DNA of 41,237 nt, taken from Conidiobolus incongruus B7586. Lineage: Eukaryota. The position numbers and the translations under genes were made by a program. The stretch lies in the NCBI GenBank assembly GCA_000697335.1, contig JNEM01008663.1:1-41237 (forward strand), given 5' to 3'. Shown here in pieces: positions 24,353-37,966 of this stretch (within the stretch, counting starts at the first letter, position 1; every line of letters begins with the position of its first letter). The notes beneath the pieces are model-generated. The model saw only the letters and a program-made list of their open reading frames with translations. It was not told the origin of the DNA and searched no databases.

Positions 24353-25139
24353 TTAATGATTTTAAAAAGATTCAATAAAATTTTTAATTTTCCTCTTATT
24401 GTATTAATTAACACCTTATTAATGTTAAATATTAAATATTAAATGCTAAATGCTAAATTAGCCATAATATTTAAAACGAGAAAGTTTGATTTATAACTTT
24501 ATACCATAAATTTATTAAATCTGGTTTACTTTTATATATTTAATTAGCTTAATGAATTTTAAATAAATAAAAATATATCATTTTTGGATAATAGATAAAT
24601 AGATTGTTGAAATTAAACAATCATTAAAAGACTTATCAGGAAATATTGTTAAAAATTGGTTGAATAATTCAACCTTATATTGTTGATATTTTTGGAAAAT
24701 ATATTTGATGACTCTTTGAAATCTATATTAACTAACATTATGAGAATATATTTACTTAAATATAAATTACAAAAATAAATCCGAGAATTAAAAATCTACG
24801 ACCTTAAAAAATTGTAATATATATAATAGGTGTTTATTTGATTAAAATTGTAATAAGTATTAAATTATAGATGGTTAAAGTATATAGTTAATTTATAGTA
24901 TATAAGAATTTCATATAGGACTTGAATTTAATAGGTTATATAAAAAACTAAATATATAAAAAATGATTTATAAAACTTGAAAAAGTTATTAAAATATAAA
25001 TTTTGCTGAAAAAAATATTTACAATCAAATGTTAGTCCCACAATGCTAAAAATGATAATATTGTTTATAAATATACCTACTATTCATAAATTTCAAGTAC
25101 TAATATCTGATATTCGTTTCACCAATCAAATTACATCAG

Positions 25140-28100
25140 ATGTTAGCTGTTGCAAGGAGTATGTATTTACTCTAGCATTATTAGATATACATCTTATATT
25201 ATTCATTGTTTATAGTTAATCAAAGCCAGAGAGATATGAATTCGGATTTATCAGATGATGACTAGAGTGAATTTGACGATTTCAACGTCGACGATGTAGC
25301 TGAGGATTAAGTATTAAAAGAACTTTCAGGTATTAGTAGACCTTGCTATATTGTTTTTGATTGATATTAATATTATTTGATAGTATCCAAAGCCACTTAT
25401 ATGAAGGCTGATAGTAATTTCTTACTTATTAGACCTAAAAAATCTGACTCTGATATCTCTACTCTTTTTGGAGAAAAGGATTATCCCGATCTTCCACTCA
25501 GAAAAAATATCTCCTCTAGAGCATTATATATTTTTCCCGATGACGGTCACACCTTCTTGGAAGTATTTTCTCCTTTTGCCGAGCAAGCTCAAGATTTCTT
25601 GGTAGCAATTAGTGAACCAGTTTCTAGGTAAATTTGTTTGAATACTTTGTTTTAGCTAATTTTGTTAATGTTTATATCTAGAACTAACTTTGTTCACGAG
25701 TATAAACTCACTCCGTATTCTTTATATGCTGCTGTATCTGTTGGGTTGGAGACAGAAGCTATTATTTCAGTATTAACGAGATTTTCCAAAGTAAGAATAT
25801 TTTTTAATACAAATTTGACTGCTTTCAACTTATATACATAGGTTCCTGTACCTGAATATATTGTGAAGTTTATTAGACAATGTACCCTATTTTACGGGAA
25901 AGTAAAATTGGTATTGAAGCATAACAGATATTTTGCGGAATCACCATATCCAGAAGTCTTACAAATGCTACTTAAGGCTCCTGCGATCCGTACTGCATGT
26001 TCTCTTTTGTCACCGGAAGAGGATGCCAGTAAAGGTGAATTGATTCATGAAAAAGCTCCTACTGCAAATGGCTTAGTTATCCCTGAGACTAAAAAGCCAA
26101 ATGCAGATAATAACACTGATCAAAATAACCCTAATCAAGAACCGGCAAATAAAGATGAAATATTTTTGGTTGTCCTCAACCAAGAAAAGGATGATGATGA
26201 TGACAATAATGAGCAAGTGCACTCATTCCAAATTCCCGCAAGTCAAGTTGAAGTAAGGATTGTTCTGATTACAAAATTTATTTTCATTAGACAATCTATA
26301 AATTGTCAAAAAACGTTGTAACGTCCTCGATTATCCAATGTTTGAGGAGTACGATTTCCGTAATGATCACATTAATCCAAAACTTAACATTGATTTGAAA
26401 CCTATTATAGCAATCCGTCCATATCAAGAAAAATCACTTTTAGTAAATTGTTTGGTAACGGAAGAGCTGGATCGGGTATTGTTGTACTTCCTTGTGGAGC
26501 TGGTAAAACTCTTGTTGGAATTACGGCTACATGTACTATTAAGAAAAGTGCACTAGTTTTATATACTTCTTCGTAAGTAATACATCTTTAACAATAAACT
26601 TAATATTAAATTTGTTTTTAGAGTATCTGTCCGACAGTGGGACTAGCAGCATCTCATTTGGTCCAGTATCAAGGAGTCGCAAATTGCAATATTCACATCA
26701 GAATCAAAGCAAGTTCTCCAAGGAGATGCTGGTATTGTTATTTCGACATTCAGTATGGTGGCCAATACTCATGCAAGATCCCATCACGCTCAAAAGATGA
26801 TAGACTTCTTGACAGGAAGAGAGTGAGGTTTCTTACTCCTCGATGAAGTATACGTCATCCCAGCAACTATGTTTAGGAGAGTAGTAACAATCATTGCTAC
26901 GTACGCCAAACTCAGATTGACTGCTATCTTAGTCAGAGAAGATGATAAAACTGACGATCTGAACTTTCTAATTGGTCCTAAATTATATGAAGCCAACTGG
27001 ATGGATCTCTCAAGACAAGATCACATTGCCACTGTCCAGGTATTTTTAATTCTTAATTTTGAATATGAAAGGGCATTAATTTTTAATATTTAGTGTGCTG
27101 AAGTATGGTGTCCTTTGACCCCTGAATTCTATAAAGAATACTTGGTAATTTCTCAAAGGTAGTATTCATAATCAGTAATTAATTCATAATTTTAATAATT
27201 ATTTATTTAGAAAAAAGCCTTTAGTTTAAGTTATGAATCCAAAAAAATTCCAAGCATGTCGGTTTCTTATCAAATTTAATGAGGACCTTGGAGATAAAAT
27301 CATTGTATATTCAGATAATGTATTTGCTCTTAAAGTAAGTAATCATTTCTATTTTTAAGTCATTATCATAAACAATATTATTAGGCCTATACTCTCGAGC
27401 TTAAAAAGCCATTTGTTCGTGGTGCTACTGATCAACTGTAAAGAATGAGAATTTTGCAGCAGTTTCAGTTCAATCCTGCTGTTAGTACTACTTTCCTCTC
27501 AGAGGTATGAGTACATTTTAAATAGCAATAACAAAATATATAACATTGCTTTATTTAGGTTGGTGATACTTCTATCGATTTACCTGAAGCAACTGTTTGA
27601 TTCAGGTTTCGTCTCATTACAGTTCAAGAAGACAAGAAGACAAGAAGCACAAAGATTAGGTAAATAGATCAATCATTCACAATTATCGATATATTCATTT
27701 TATGCTTTAGATCGTATTCTTCGTGCTAATCGTCGTAATGACGAAGGTTTCAATGCTTTCTTCTACACACTTGTCTTTCAAGGCACTGACGAAATGTACT
27801 ACTCTCCAAAACGTCAGCATTTCCTAATCGATCAAGATTACGCATTTAAATTGATTACTGAAATTGAAGGTATGTAAGACTGTCTTGACCTTGTATTTAA
27901 AGATGAACACTCCCAATTAGAATTATTAAAACAAGTAATCGATGCCAAAGATTCTAATGCTGAATTTAATGATGACATCTTCACTGGCTATGATGATTTA
28001 GCTACGAGCTTAGAAATTCGACCCTCGAAAGTTGCCAAGAGACAGAGAATTGAATCTAAATCCATCTCTAGTGGCGATAAAATGGTCTACATCGAGCATA

Positions 28101-28168
28101 ATACATCCGTTAACTTTAGAAATCGCGAAAGAAATCACTTATTTAAGAAGAGAGATGGTAGAAAGTAA
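25140..28168 (+). pseudogene. SSL2: TFIIH helicase SSL2/RAD25/XPB pseudogene
   Basis: Recognisable XPB exons ([72 protein letters not shown]). Lesions: 2-nt frameshift ~26440, TAG 26644-26646, TGA 26824-26826, DEVH>DEVY, TAA 27439-27441, frameshift ~27595, 8-nt duplication ~27630-27645, TAA 27875-27877. Confidence 0.93.
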
Positions 28169-28570
28169 ATCTATGTTGCTCAAGTCTACTGTTTACTGCA
28201 AATATAATTACACTTTATTTCAGTATATCCTGTATATTAATCTAGTTTATTCGAATCATATGTATTATTTTTATTAATAAATCCATGATCTTTAATCATA
28301 GCATATTTGAATCTACTTTAAAATTGGATCCAGTATATTATCAACAATACTTATACTATTTATTTGTGGACAATCATAAATATAAATATGAATAATATAC
28401 CAATTCGAAAACAATTATTATTGTTAAGGTTATATTATTGAATATCGATATTTAAGCTATTTAATACAATTAACACTATATGAATAATATGCTTAAGTTA
28501 TAACATATTCTACATTTCCATAAAATTTATAATAGCATTTATGTAGCTGTAATGAATAATTATCAACTAT

Positions 28571-29462
28571 CTAGTCGATTAGACTTTTAGCTTTTTTAGA
28601 GTTTTTTCCTTTTGAGCCGTTAGCTTTCCGCTCGTTCTTCTTAATGATTTCATCAATTTCTTCATCTGTAGGTTTTTCAGCTTTCTTTCCCTTTTTAGGT
28701 TTGCAATATCTTTCCTCTAAATCGTCTAGGAAATGGCTTGATCTCTTCTCTTTATTGGCAAGGATAAGCTGTGCCAAATCTTTAAGATCTTGACCCTTAT
28801 CAGTTTCCCGATCTTTTTGAAATTTCTTTCGTTCTTTGGCAGCTGCCTTCTTTCGTTTCGATTTCTGAGCAGCTGTTAAAGTCAATTTAAAGTTAGGATA
28901 TTCTTCTGTCTCGCCAGCGTCGATAGCATTACGAATAATTTGAACCACCGTCTCTTCATCCTCATTCTCGCGCAGCATGGCACTATCCATGATCTTATTA
29001 ACGTCACCTTTGAATTGTTCGTTAAGAGCAATCAAATCTTGCTTTTCTTGTTCAGAGCCTAAACATCATATAACATTAATTAGAAATATCAAACCGTATC
29101 AAAATAGCATCACCTAAATATTCCTTAGCAAAGTTATCGATATCCTCCAAATTAATTGGATCTAACTTCATATCTCCATCACCACTCTCTCCCTCAAACT
29201 CAGGAACGTGGCCGGTGGTATCGTATCTCGCACGTCGTTCCTCATCCGCCAAGATAGTATAAGCCACTTGAACCCTGTGAAAGTATTTACTCGCCTCACC
29301 TTTTACGTAATCATCAGCATTGGGTAACTTGTCTGGATGGTATTTGAGTGCCAATTTGTAATAATTTTTCTTAATGGTGGATGTGCTGGCGTCCTTATCT
29401 ACGTTTAAGATTTCGTAGAGATTATTCACTTCCATCAATTTTTGGAGTTCTTCTAAATTCAT
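28571..29462 (-). CDS. DnaJ/J-domain protein, DNAJC9-like (exons 29462-29114, 29058-28571)
   Basis: LYEILNVDKDA...YYKLALKYHPDK...YTILADEERRARYDTTG. Intron 29113-29059 joins KEYLG|SEQEKQDLIA. Basic C-terminus with FLDDLEERY. Confidence 0.9.
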
Positions 29463-29966
29463 TTTAATCGAATTATATTGGGATTATTTGTGAATTGATT
29501 TATTGGAATGGTTGATTGATTTTATACTTGTAGTTAATTGAATTAAAATTTTGGGTTTTATTTGGTATATATGATTGAGATATTTACTGTTTAATAATTT
29601 GATAAATTTTCTATAATCGTAAAATTTGTTATTTGATGATCTATAAAAAGCAATTTTCAATTGTTCAGGTTAATTTTATCAAATAATGTTTGACGTTAAA
29701 TTTATGGGATTCCTGATACAAATGACGTGAACTTCATTTATCAATACAAATTAAATTCAAGTCACATTATATTTCGTGACATATAACCATTTTATACATT
29801 TAATATTTTGAATTTTCCAAAATTAAAAGCTTAAGCATTTAATATTTTGGCTTAATTTTTACTGGAATTATAAGTCTTTAAACAATCTTTTTTAATAACT
29901 AACCCCTGAATTTTTCTGTTTTGTGTTTTAATTTGTATTTCGAATTTACTAATTAATTGCATTCAA

Positions 29967-30650
29967 ATGAACAAAACAAAACCTCAAACAACTTATCATA
30001 AACTTGAAGAAATTCCAGGTCATAAACGTTTTACTAGAAGGCGCTGTTATTCTTGTTACAAGACCTTATCCCAAACCAAAGGTTGTATATTTGCTGCATC
30101 GCATGCCAAAAAAGTTAACACCAGATGTAATGAATGTCACAAATATTTTTGTCTCAAGTGCTTCTTTACCAACCACAAAAAGAGTGAAACGTATATGCAC
30201 GACCCTAATACACCAGTAGGACGTCCTAGATTAATAGATTTGGAAGGTTCCAGAAATGCTACTCGAAGGTATTGCGTAGGCTGCTACCAAATTACATCCA
30301 AATTGCACGGTCGCTTAGTTGCCAAAAACCGCACCAAGCGTGTTCAAATGATATGTAGTCACTGTCATCGTCACTATTGTGAAGATTGTTTTGACAACAA
30401 CCACCCGACCTGCGAAATATTTAGGCAGGATCCTTACTCTCGCAAATTTGGTCACCAGTTAGAGGATATCGCACCATCCAAAAATAGGCTTAGGAGGTAC
30501 TGTATTGGATGTTACCAAATATTATCCAGAAAAGAGGGCGCATCTTTTGCTTCATCTCACGCTAGAAGAGTGAGTACCAAGTGTAGTAACTGTTGTAAAC
30601 ACTTTTGCGTTAGATGTTTTCAGGAGTTTCATAGGGTTTGTCAGGTTTGA
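29967..30650 (+). CDS. Intronless 227-aa protein made of three tandem piggyBac-transposase-type cysteine-rich zinc-finger domains
   Basis: Three units with identical spacing RRxC-x2-CY...(C-x2-C-x23-C-x2-C-x4-C-x2-C-F-x3-H). No DDD transposase core in or near the ORF. Confidence 0.75.
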   Translation: MNKTKPQTTYHKLEEIPGHKRFTRRRCYSCYKTLSQTKGCIFAASHAKKVNTRCNECHKYFCLKCFFTNHKKSETYMHDPNTPVGRPRLIDLEGSRNATRRYCVGCYQITSKLHGRLVAKNRTKRVQMICSHCHRHYCEDCFDNNHPTCEIFRQDPYSRKFGHQLEDIAPSKNRLRRYCIGCYQILSRKEGASFASSHARRVSTKCSNCCKHFCVRCFQEFHRVCQV

Positions 30651-33181
30651 TTTTAGTATTTTGAATCATTGAATAATTAATATTTGTTGGTGATAGTATT
30701 CAGATCATAAGATTTATCAACTATTTAACATAGAGTTGTTAGTTTTAGATGTTTATTTTTAATTTTTTCTTTTATATTTTGATATAATTTGAACTAAGTA
30801 TCAAAGTTTAACCTTTTTAATGATCTATCTTTTCTTCTACTATTCTACAAAATTCAAAATAATATTAATAATATTTATCATTTTCTTTATCTCATTAATT
30901 CCAAGTTATTTTTCAGATCATATTTTTACGAAGGAATCAGACAAAAGATATTTTCAATTGCGGATAAAATAAAATCTATAGCCTAGTAAGTTGCTTTGCG
31001 AATATAACATAAACAATTAAAAACAATTTATATCAATATATATTTTGATTATGATCTATTAAACAATGACATTTAAACTATATTTAATATTATTTTTAAA
31101 TATATATTATACATTATTATTACTATGTTTTGTAATTCATAAATAAAACTTGAGCGCAATTAATTTGGATAAGCAGTATGCCTTTGAAATATTTCCCTTT
31201 TTATTAGTTTCATTTTAGTTCAGTCGATTATCATTAACTAAACAAATGTTTTTTCATCTATTTCATCAAGTCAATAAAACGATTTATATTTATCTAAGGA
31301 AAAATATTCAAACTATTTGAATAATTCATTTTATATTATTGATATTATAATAGTCAAAAATTTTGATCTATTATTAAACTTTGAATAAAATGAAAATGAT
31401 TAATAAGTTTTTTAATGGATTTATTTCAAAAGATAATTTATATCAAATAGTTATTGAAAAGAATATTTAATCTATTATATACAGTTTTAAAATCACAGTC
31501 ATATATATTGTTTAAAAATAATTTAAAAATATAGGTGGTGACTCCTTTCTAAATCCATAATTCTCAAATTTGTATTTTATAACCAATAAAATATATTTGT
31601 GTGGAGAATATTTGTCTATGTTTTCAATTTATAATATTGATTTTAAATAATATAATGAAATTCAATTTGATCATTGTCCTGAAATTTGTTACCAATTTTA
31701 AAATAAACATAGAGCTCTATTTTCTGGTAGTAATATTTTGAATTTTCCATTCTCTAGATTTATCCAACGATAAAACCTTGCGAAATTCAGAAAAATTTAC
31801 CAAAGTAATCAATATCAATATTTTGAAAATGGAAGAGTTACTTGAAAAATATATTATTAGATAAAAATGTATAAATATCATTCTATGAATATGTTCTTTT
31901 GTTTATTCAAATATAAATTTCACTAATGATATCAATTAAAATTTTTAACCACAATATTGTTACATATTTATTGGAATAGTGAAATTAACTTTTTTCATAT
32001 ATCTTTATATATTATGTGATATAATTATTTTTAATTAAATTCTTATTTACTAATTTTCGAATATTTTTATTTTGATTGGTTTTTAAATAGCCTTTTTCAT
32101 ATATTATATAAAAATAAATTATTCAAATATCAATTCTTGAAATGAATATGAATTTTTTGTAGCTAAATTGGAAAAAATTTCATTCATAATTAACTGGTCA
32201 CTTTGATTGGTAAATCTAAAGAGGGTATTACTATCGGAGAAGAAAAATTTCAAAATTGTTACTGCAAGTGAATACTGCTGAAAAAAATATTAGCGGATAT
32301 TATGTGAGATGCTATAATTAATATATAATTTCCTAGTCAATGTTAAAATATATGAAATATTTAAATTTGAATTTTTTTTCAGCTTCAAAAATTCAATACC
32401 TTTCACCCACTTACATGTCAATATTTGCAAGTTATAATTATAAAGAGATCATAATTGGGTGATAAAAATAGAATTATCTGATTAATAAAATTATATAAAT
32501 TTCTGCCTAAAATATTCAGCATTGGTATTTGCATTGAATTTGAAAAAAATTATGATAGTAATTAAATGAATAAAATATGCTATTTAAATAAAATAAAAAT
32601 ACTTAATATAAAAATGAAATATACTAAAATATAACGATTATGGAATTGATTAAAATATTTGGCTCTTCGCGAATATTATCTCTTGCTATGCATTGAAATT
32701 GAGTAAAAAAATGCTGATATATTGAAAATAAATTTTAAACGGAACATCCAATCGAATACACTCGATTATTAGTTGATTTTTATTACTGATATTGAAAAGT
32801 ATAAAAAGATTTTAAAATGATATCCAATAATGCAAACTCAATTTCGAAATTAGTATCATAAATGTAGCTTATATTTGATAATATATATTCCTAGCTGTGT
32901 TAAATTTGAACTCGAAATAAGATCAATACTTGATTCTAACTTAAATATATTAAAGAATTATTATTAAAATCCCATAATTATGTTTTGATGAAATAGATTC
33001 AAAAAAAGTTATATAATCCACCTTAATTCGAGTCATAGTTTGAATTATGTATTAACAAACTTTAACAATTTAACTTCTTTTTGTACCAAAGTACATAATT
33101 TAATATCAATTGTCAAAAATAAAATATCTTTTTGAATAGTGTTTATCCATTTATTCCTATTCTAAAATTTAACATTAACAG

Positions 33182-34860
33182 ATGACCGAAAATAAAGCTT
33201 TAATATATCCCAAAGAATGTATTAAGGTAGATTCTCATTTCGCCATATTTAAAGTGGTTTATTTATCGATATTGCGCTTAGGATGTTGCCGAATCCCTTA
33301 ATATTAACAATTTATCGGACGAAATTGCTACGGCTTTAGCTCAAGATGTCGAATACCGTCTCAATCAAGTGATTCAGGTATATTAAAATATTAAAATTTT
33401 TTTGTTAGGATTATTTAATTTTAATGATTTTAGGAATCCATTAAATTTATGAGACATTCTCAACGTGAAAAACTGATGGTTGACGATATTAACCACGCTT
33501 TGAGGATTCAGAATGTTGAAGTAATAGAAAATTATTATACAATATAATTTTTATTTATACTTATGCAATTAGCCTCTCTACGGTTTCAACGGTCCGAATA
33601 ACATTGACTTTAAAAAGATTACTCACAATAATCAAGATTTGTACTATTTAAACGACACTGAAATTTCTTTCGATGCTCTTTTTGAAGCTCCATTGCCTCC
33701 CGTTCCACCTGAAATGACTTTTACGGGTAATTTTTTTTCTCATTAGGCTGTATTTAACATTAACATAATTGATGTTGATAGCACATTGGTTAGCTATCGA
33801 GGGTGTTCAGCCACTTATTCCTCAGAACCCTATTGAGAAAGGTAGTTTTAAGCCATTTTATCCTGGATAATATATCTAACTTTAGGTTTAGAAGTTGAAG
33901 ATAAACCCAGCCCTGCTAAGAAGCCCAAGAAAATCGCTGAAGGATCTACTGAACCTGCTAAACTTGAGATCAAATCCTCAGTCAAACACAAACTTTCTAA
34001 AGAATTACAAGTTTACTTTGAAAAGATTGCAAGCGCTGTGGTTAGTTCAGAAGAATCCCTTCGAATTTCAGCCTACCAAAGTTTATCGGAAGACCCTGGT
34101 TTAAGTCAATTATTACCTTATTTTGTTCATTATTGTAGTCAAAGAGTATTTGTTTAATCTTATAAATTAATTTTGATTTGACATTAATTTTTATTATTAG
34201 ATATCAGAAAGCATGAGGGATTTCCAGACTCTCACTTACATTCTCAATATGATTAGTGCCATCATGCGTAGTCCATTCTTTGATATTCAGCATTACTTAC
34301 ACCAATTATTACCATCGATTTTATCTTGCACTTTTGCCAAAGGAACTGGTAACGAATCAACAGAATACCACTGGAATGTGCGTCGCCAAGCAGCCACTCT
34401 AGTTGCCAGAATCTATGCTGATTTTGGTCCTACACATAACAATGTCAAGATCAAAATTAATAACACACTTTATGCTGCACTTTTGGATACTACAAAGCCA
34501 CTGTCCGCACTCTGTGGTGCCCTTATATTAATTCCCATGATTGGTGAGCAATCCTTTAGACAGTCCGTTGTCCCCAACCTCCTCCTCATCGGCAATCGGT
34601 TAACTCTCAAATTATCCGACGACAACCCTCGAATTGTCGCAGAAGCTCGCTATGCCATCGACGAAATTATCAAATCCTTAGAACAAATTGTCAATCACTA
34701 TTCTGAAAGGATCCCCAACAATTTAACCCCTCCCAACGATGAGGAAGTCATCACCAAAACGAGCCGAGGCATTCACCAAGCTGTGGAAAAATCGGAGCAC
34801 TATGCTAAAATTTGGTGGTACTTAGAGCATCCCAACGAGATCGATTTCGTAATGACTTAA
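33182..34860 (+). CDS. TAF6: TFIID/SAGA subunit TAF6, multi-exon
   Basis: Spliced exons give the histone fold (DVAESLNI...LAQDVEYRLNQVIQESIKFMRHS...DDINHALRIQNVEPLYGF), then AHWLAIEGVQPLIPQNP, KHKLSKELQVYFEKI, EDPGLSQLLPYF, YLHQLLPSILSC and HWNVRRQAA. Confidence 0.95.
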
Positions 34861-36108
34861 GAATCAGTATTGTAATATATAGCATCTATCCTCTAACTTA
34901 ATATGAGCATACCTTTATTGATATTGATATGATAATAATATTTTATTACACTAGTTGTGGTTTTATTCATATTATTAAATGTTAATCAACATTGTTTTCA
35001 CTTTTTCAATAAATATTACAACTAGATAAATTAATCTCATTTTATATTTCATTTTATGATCAGTTTAAAATTTATTAAGCTAATAATGAAATAATTTTTT
35101 ATTATCCATTTGTAATTGTAAGATTAATATATATGAGTTATCCAAATCCAAGAATATTACTTGCACAAATCTTATTATTAGTTCAGAGTTTAAATTTTAG
35201 CAGAATGGATCAGAGTATAAGCAGTATATGATTTGGTTTGAAATAAGGTGTATATGTATCTTAAAATAATTGATGAATAATAAAATAAAATTTATCATTA
35301 AAACTTTAATGAATATTTTTGAATTTTAATCTAAATTAATTGTTTATAAATTGAGTTTTATTATTAAAATGAAATAGTTTAAATATTATCAACTTAAATT
35401 AAAAAATATAATCAATTAGTAATTTTGATTTATTTTAAAATTAAATTAGATTATTTTGAAACTTAATAGTCTAAACTTCATTTTTATATTACTTTTTTTT
35501 CTCAAATACTGAATATTCAATACTAATGATAGTTTCTACTTTTTGAAATCTATATAATCTCAATATTTTTTAAAAAAAATAGTGCAAAATGATTGAATAA
35601 TATTAAAATATATTGGTGTTACAGTTATAAGGATATAATAATATAAATTGTAATATAATAATAGATTGAGAAGAATTTTTTAGTTAATATATGTTGAAAC
35701 GACGATTTAATATTTTATTCAACGTTAAATATGATGAATGAAAAGCCAAATAGTTTTAATAATAATGTTTTGATTTGAATTATATAAATAACATGATTTT
35801 AACTAATAATAAATCGTATGTAATATACCTTAAGTTCCAATAAACTATATTAGTATTATAAAAATACATAATATTGTATCTTTAAAATAGTAGTAATTGC
35901 ATAGCTATATCAATTTAGTTTTACAAGCTTAAAAGTTTTCAATAAACGGAAATTTAATTTCAAAGAAAATTTGAAATTGGTTTCTAAAGATTTAAAGTTT
36001 CAAATTTAGGTTTATAAATGATAATTCGTACTAGTTTAAACTCATTTAGTCCTTTATTTTAACCTTGTATTCTTTACTACTGTTGTTTTTTGGGTTTTTT
36101 TATTTATC

Positions 36109-36997
36109 ATGAGGATTAAACCTAATTTATTAGTGGGATATTGGCTTTTAAACTTGTTGGATGTGAATGGTCATATGGAGATGAGGTATCCACCTCCCAG
36201 GAGATCCAAATACAATCCTGCTTATCAGACCATAGGTGATGTTGATAACGATATGAGTGCTCCTTTGGGGCCAGACGTAATATAAAATCCAATATATCAA
36301 TCAAACATTAATACTAACATGTTTAATTTAGAATCCATTTCCATGTCGAGGTACCTCCCCAGGGCCGATATTTGCTAAATACAACGCAGGAGAAGAAATG
36401 ACAGTGAAACTTGGTGGAAACGCTCCACACAATGGAGGGCACTGCCAATTTGCACTGTCATATAACGGGGGGAAGGATTGGATCGTGTTTTACACAATTG
36501 TGCGCAATTGTATGCCATCTAAAACGGGTCCAATCGAGTTTGAGTACAAAATTCCAATTCCAGCAGATGCGCTACCCAGCGACAAAGTGGTCTTCTCATG
36601 GAATTGGATCAATGCCTCGGGCGAACGTGAATTCTACCAGAATTGCATCGACATCACCATTGCTAACAAGAACTCACCTCCATTCATGGCGGGTCTCGCT
36701 CTCCTCGTAGTCAATCTCGACGGGGACCAGATCATCGACGAGTTTGCACGACCTGGATCGGACGATGGTCACAGTCTCTTGGATGCCAGGAAGAAGATCA
36801 AAGTATTGCCCAACGGTTCCATTGCACCGTTGGCCGCGAAGGATGGCAGGTATACATTCCTCAATACTTCATCACCGGTTGCATACAATATTAGGCGACC
36901 GAAGTATGCATTACCAGAGCCGACTTACACCGGTTATCATAATGATACAAGTAAGCCCTACAAAATTCGACCTCGACCGAGGTTGTCCAATGAATAA
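36109..36997 (+). CDS. Secreted AA11-like lytic polysaccharide monooxygenase (exons 36109-36276, 36332-36997; 277 aa)
   Basis: 21-aa leader followed by His1 (HMEMRYPPPR), then APL...PFPCRG, APHNGGHCQFALSY and WNWINASGEREFYQNCIDI. Intron 36277-36331 is GT..CTAAC..AG and keeps the frame. Confidence 0.87.
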
Positions 36998-37966
36998 TTG
37001 AACTCGATTCTCATTTCATTCAATATGTTCTAACACAGATAGATCACCAACAACTCACTTAATATTAGTCAATAACAGTACAAAATGACTAAAATTTAAC
37101 AATTATTCAAAGCCACTTAAATTAAGGTGATCACTACGATCCCAGCAGTAATTCTAATACAATTAGACCGTTCCACCGTAATACTATCCGAACACTTAAT
37201 GAGTCACCAAAGTGTTTACGAACTGACATCATATCATTCGAATTTGTTCAAAAGTTTGACGATCATACATACTCCAAACTTAACTAATTTAATATTGTAT
37301 CACAAATCTTGATGAAACTTAGCTTTCGCTCCAAATAATATTATAATTATTAATTAATCAATAGGTTTTTTGTTTATTTATGGAATAAATATTGTAAGAT
37401 CATTTTTTTAATTTCATTTAATATAATTTGCTTTATACAATTTATTTATCACAATTGTTAATAACTGAAGTTTCATTATATAAAAAATAAGTTTAATATT
37501 CTAAAATTAATTTTATAGAGAATGAATTTAATAAATAAGCTTAATAAAAATCAACCAATCATTGTAATTAATACAAATATTGATTTAAGTTAAATAAGAT
37601 TATTTTATTTAATTAAAATTTTAAACTAGTTATTTCTTTTTAATTCATTTTATTGATTACTTTTAATTTAGGGTAATTGAAATAAAACAATTTTAAAATT
37701 TAATAAATCATAGCAATTTAAGGATTACAATATATATCAATTATCCCATAATTTTCAAAAGGATGTTAAATTAAATAATCATAGATTATGTTGTGTACAT
37801 TTAATAACGATAATATATACAATAATAAAAAATTATCAATTGTTTAAAATACATTGAAATTATTCTAATTAATTAATATCAATACAAAGTCATACAATAC
37901 CCTTTTTACCTTTTCTATTCATCATTATTACTAACATTAAGTATTTAAATTTTGAATTTTAATAGG

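Noticed and set aside
29895..29910. CTAACCCC upstream of the zinc-finger gene as a possible piggyBac TTAA-CCC end
   Set aside because: It is not TTAA, and no matching GGG-TTAA inverted end was seen downstream.
32190..32275. Short coding-like patch (LVTLIGKSKEGITIGEEKF); similar patch near 11180-11230
   Set aside because: Too short and unrecognisable to call a gene relic.
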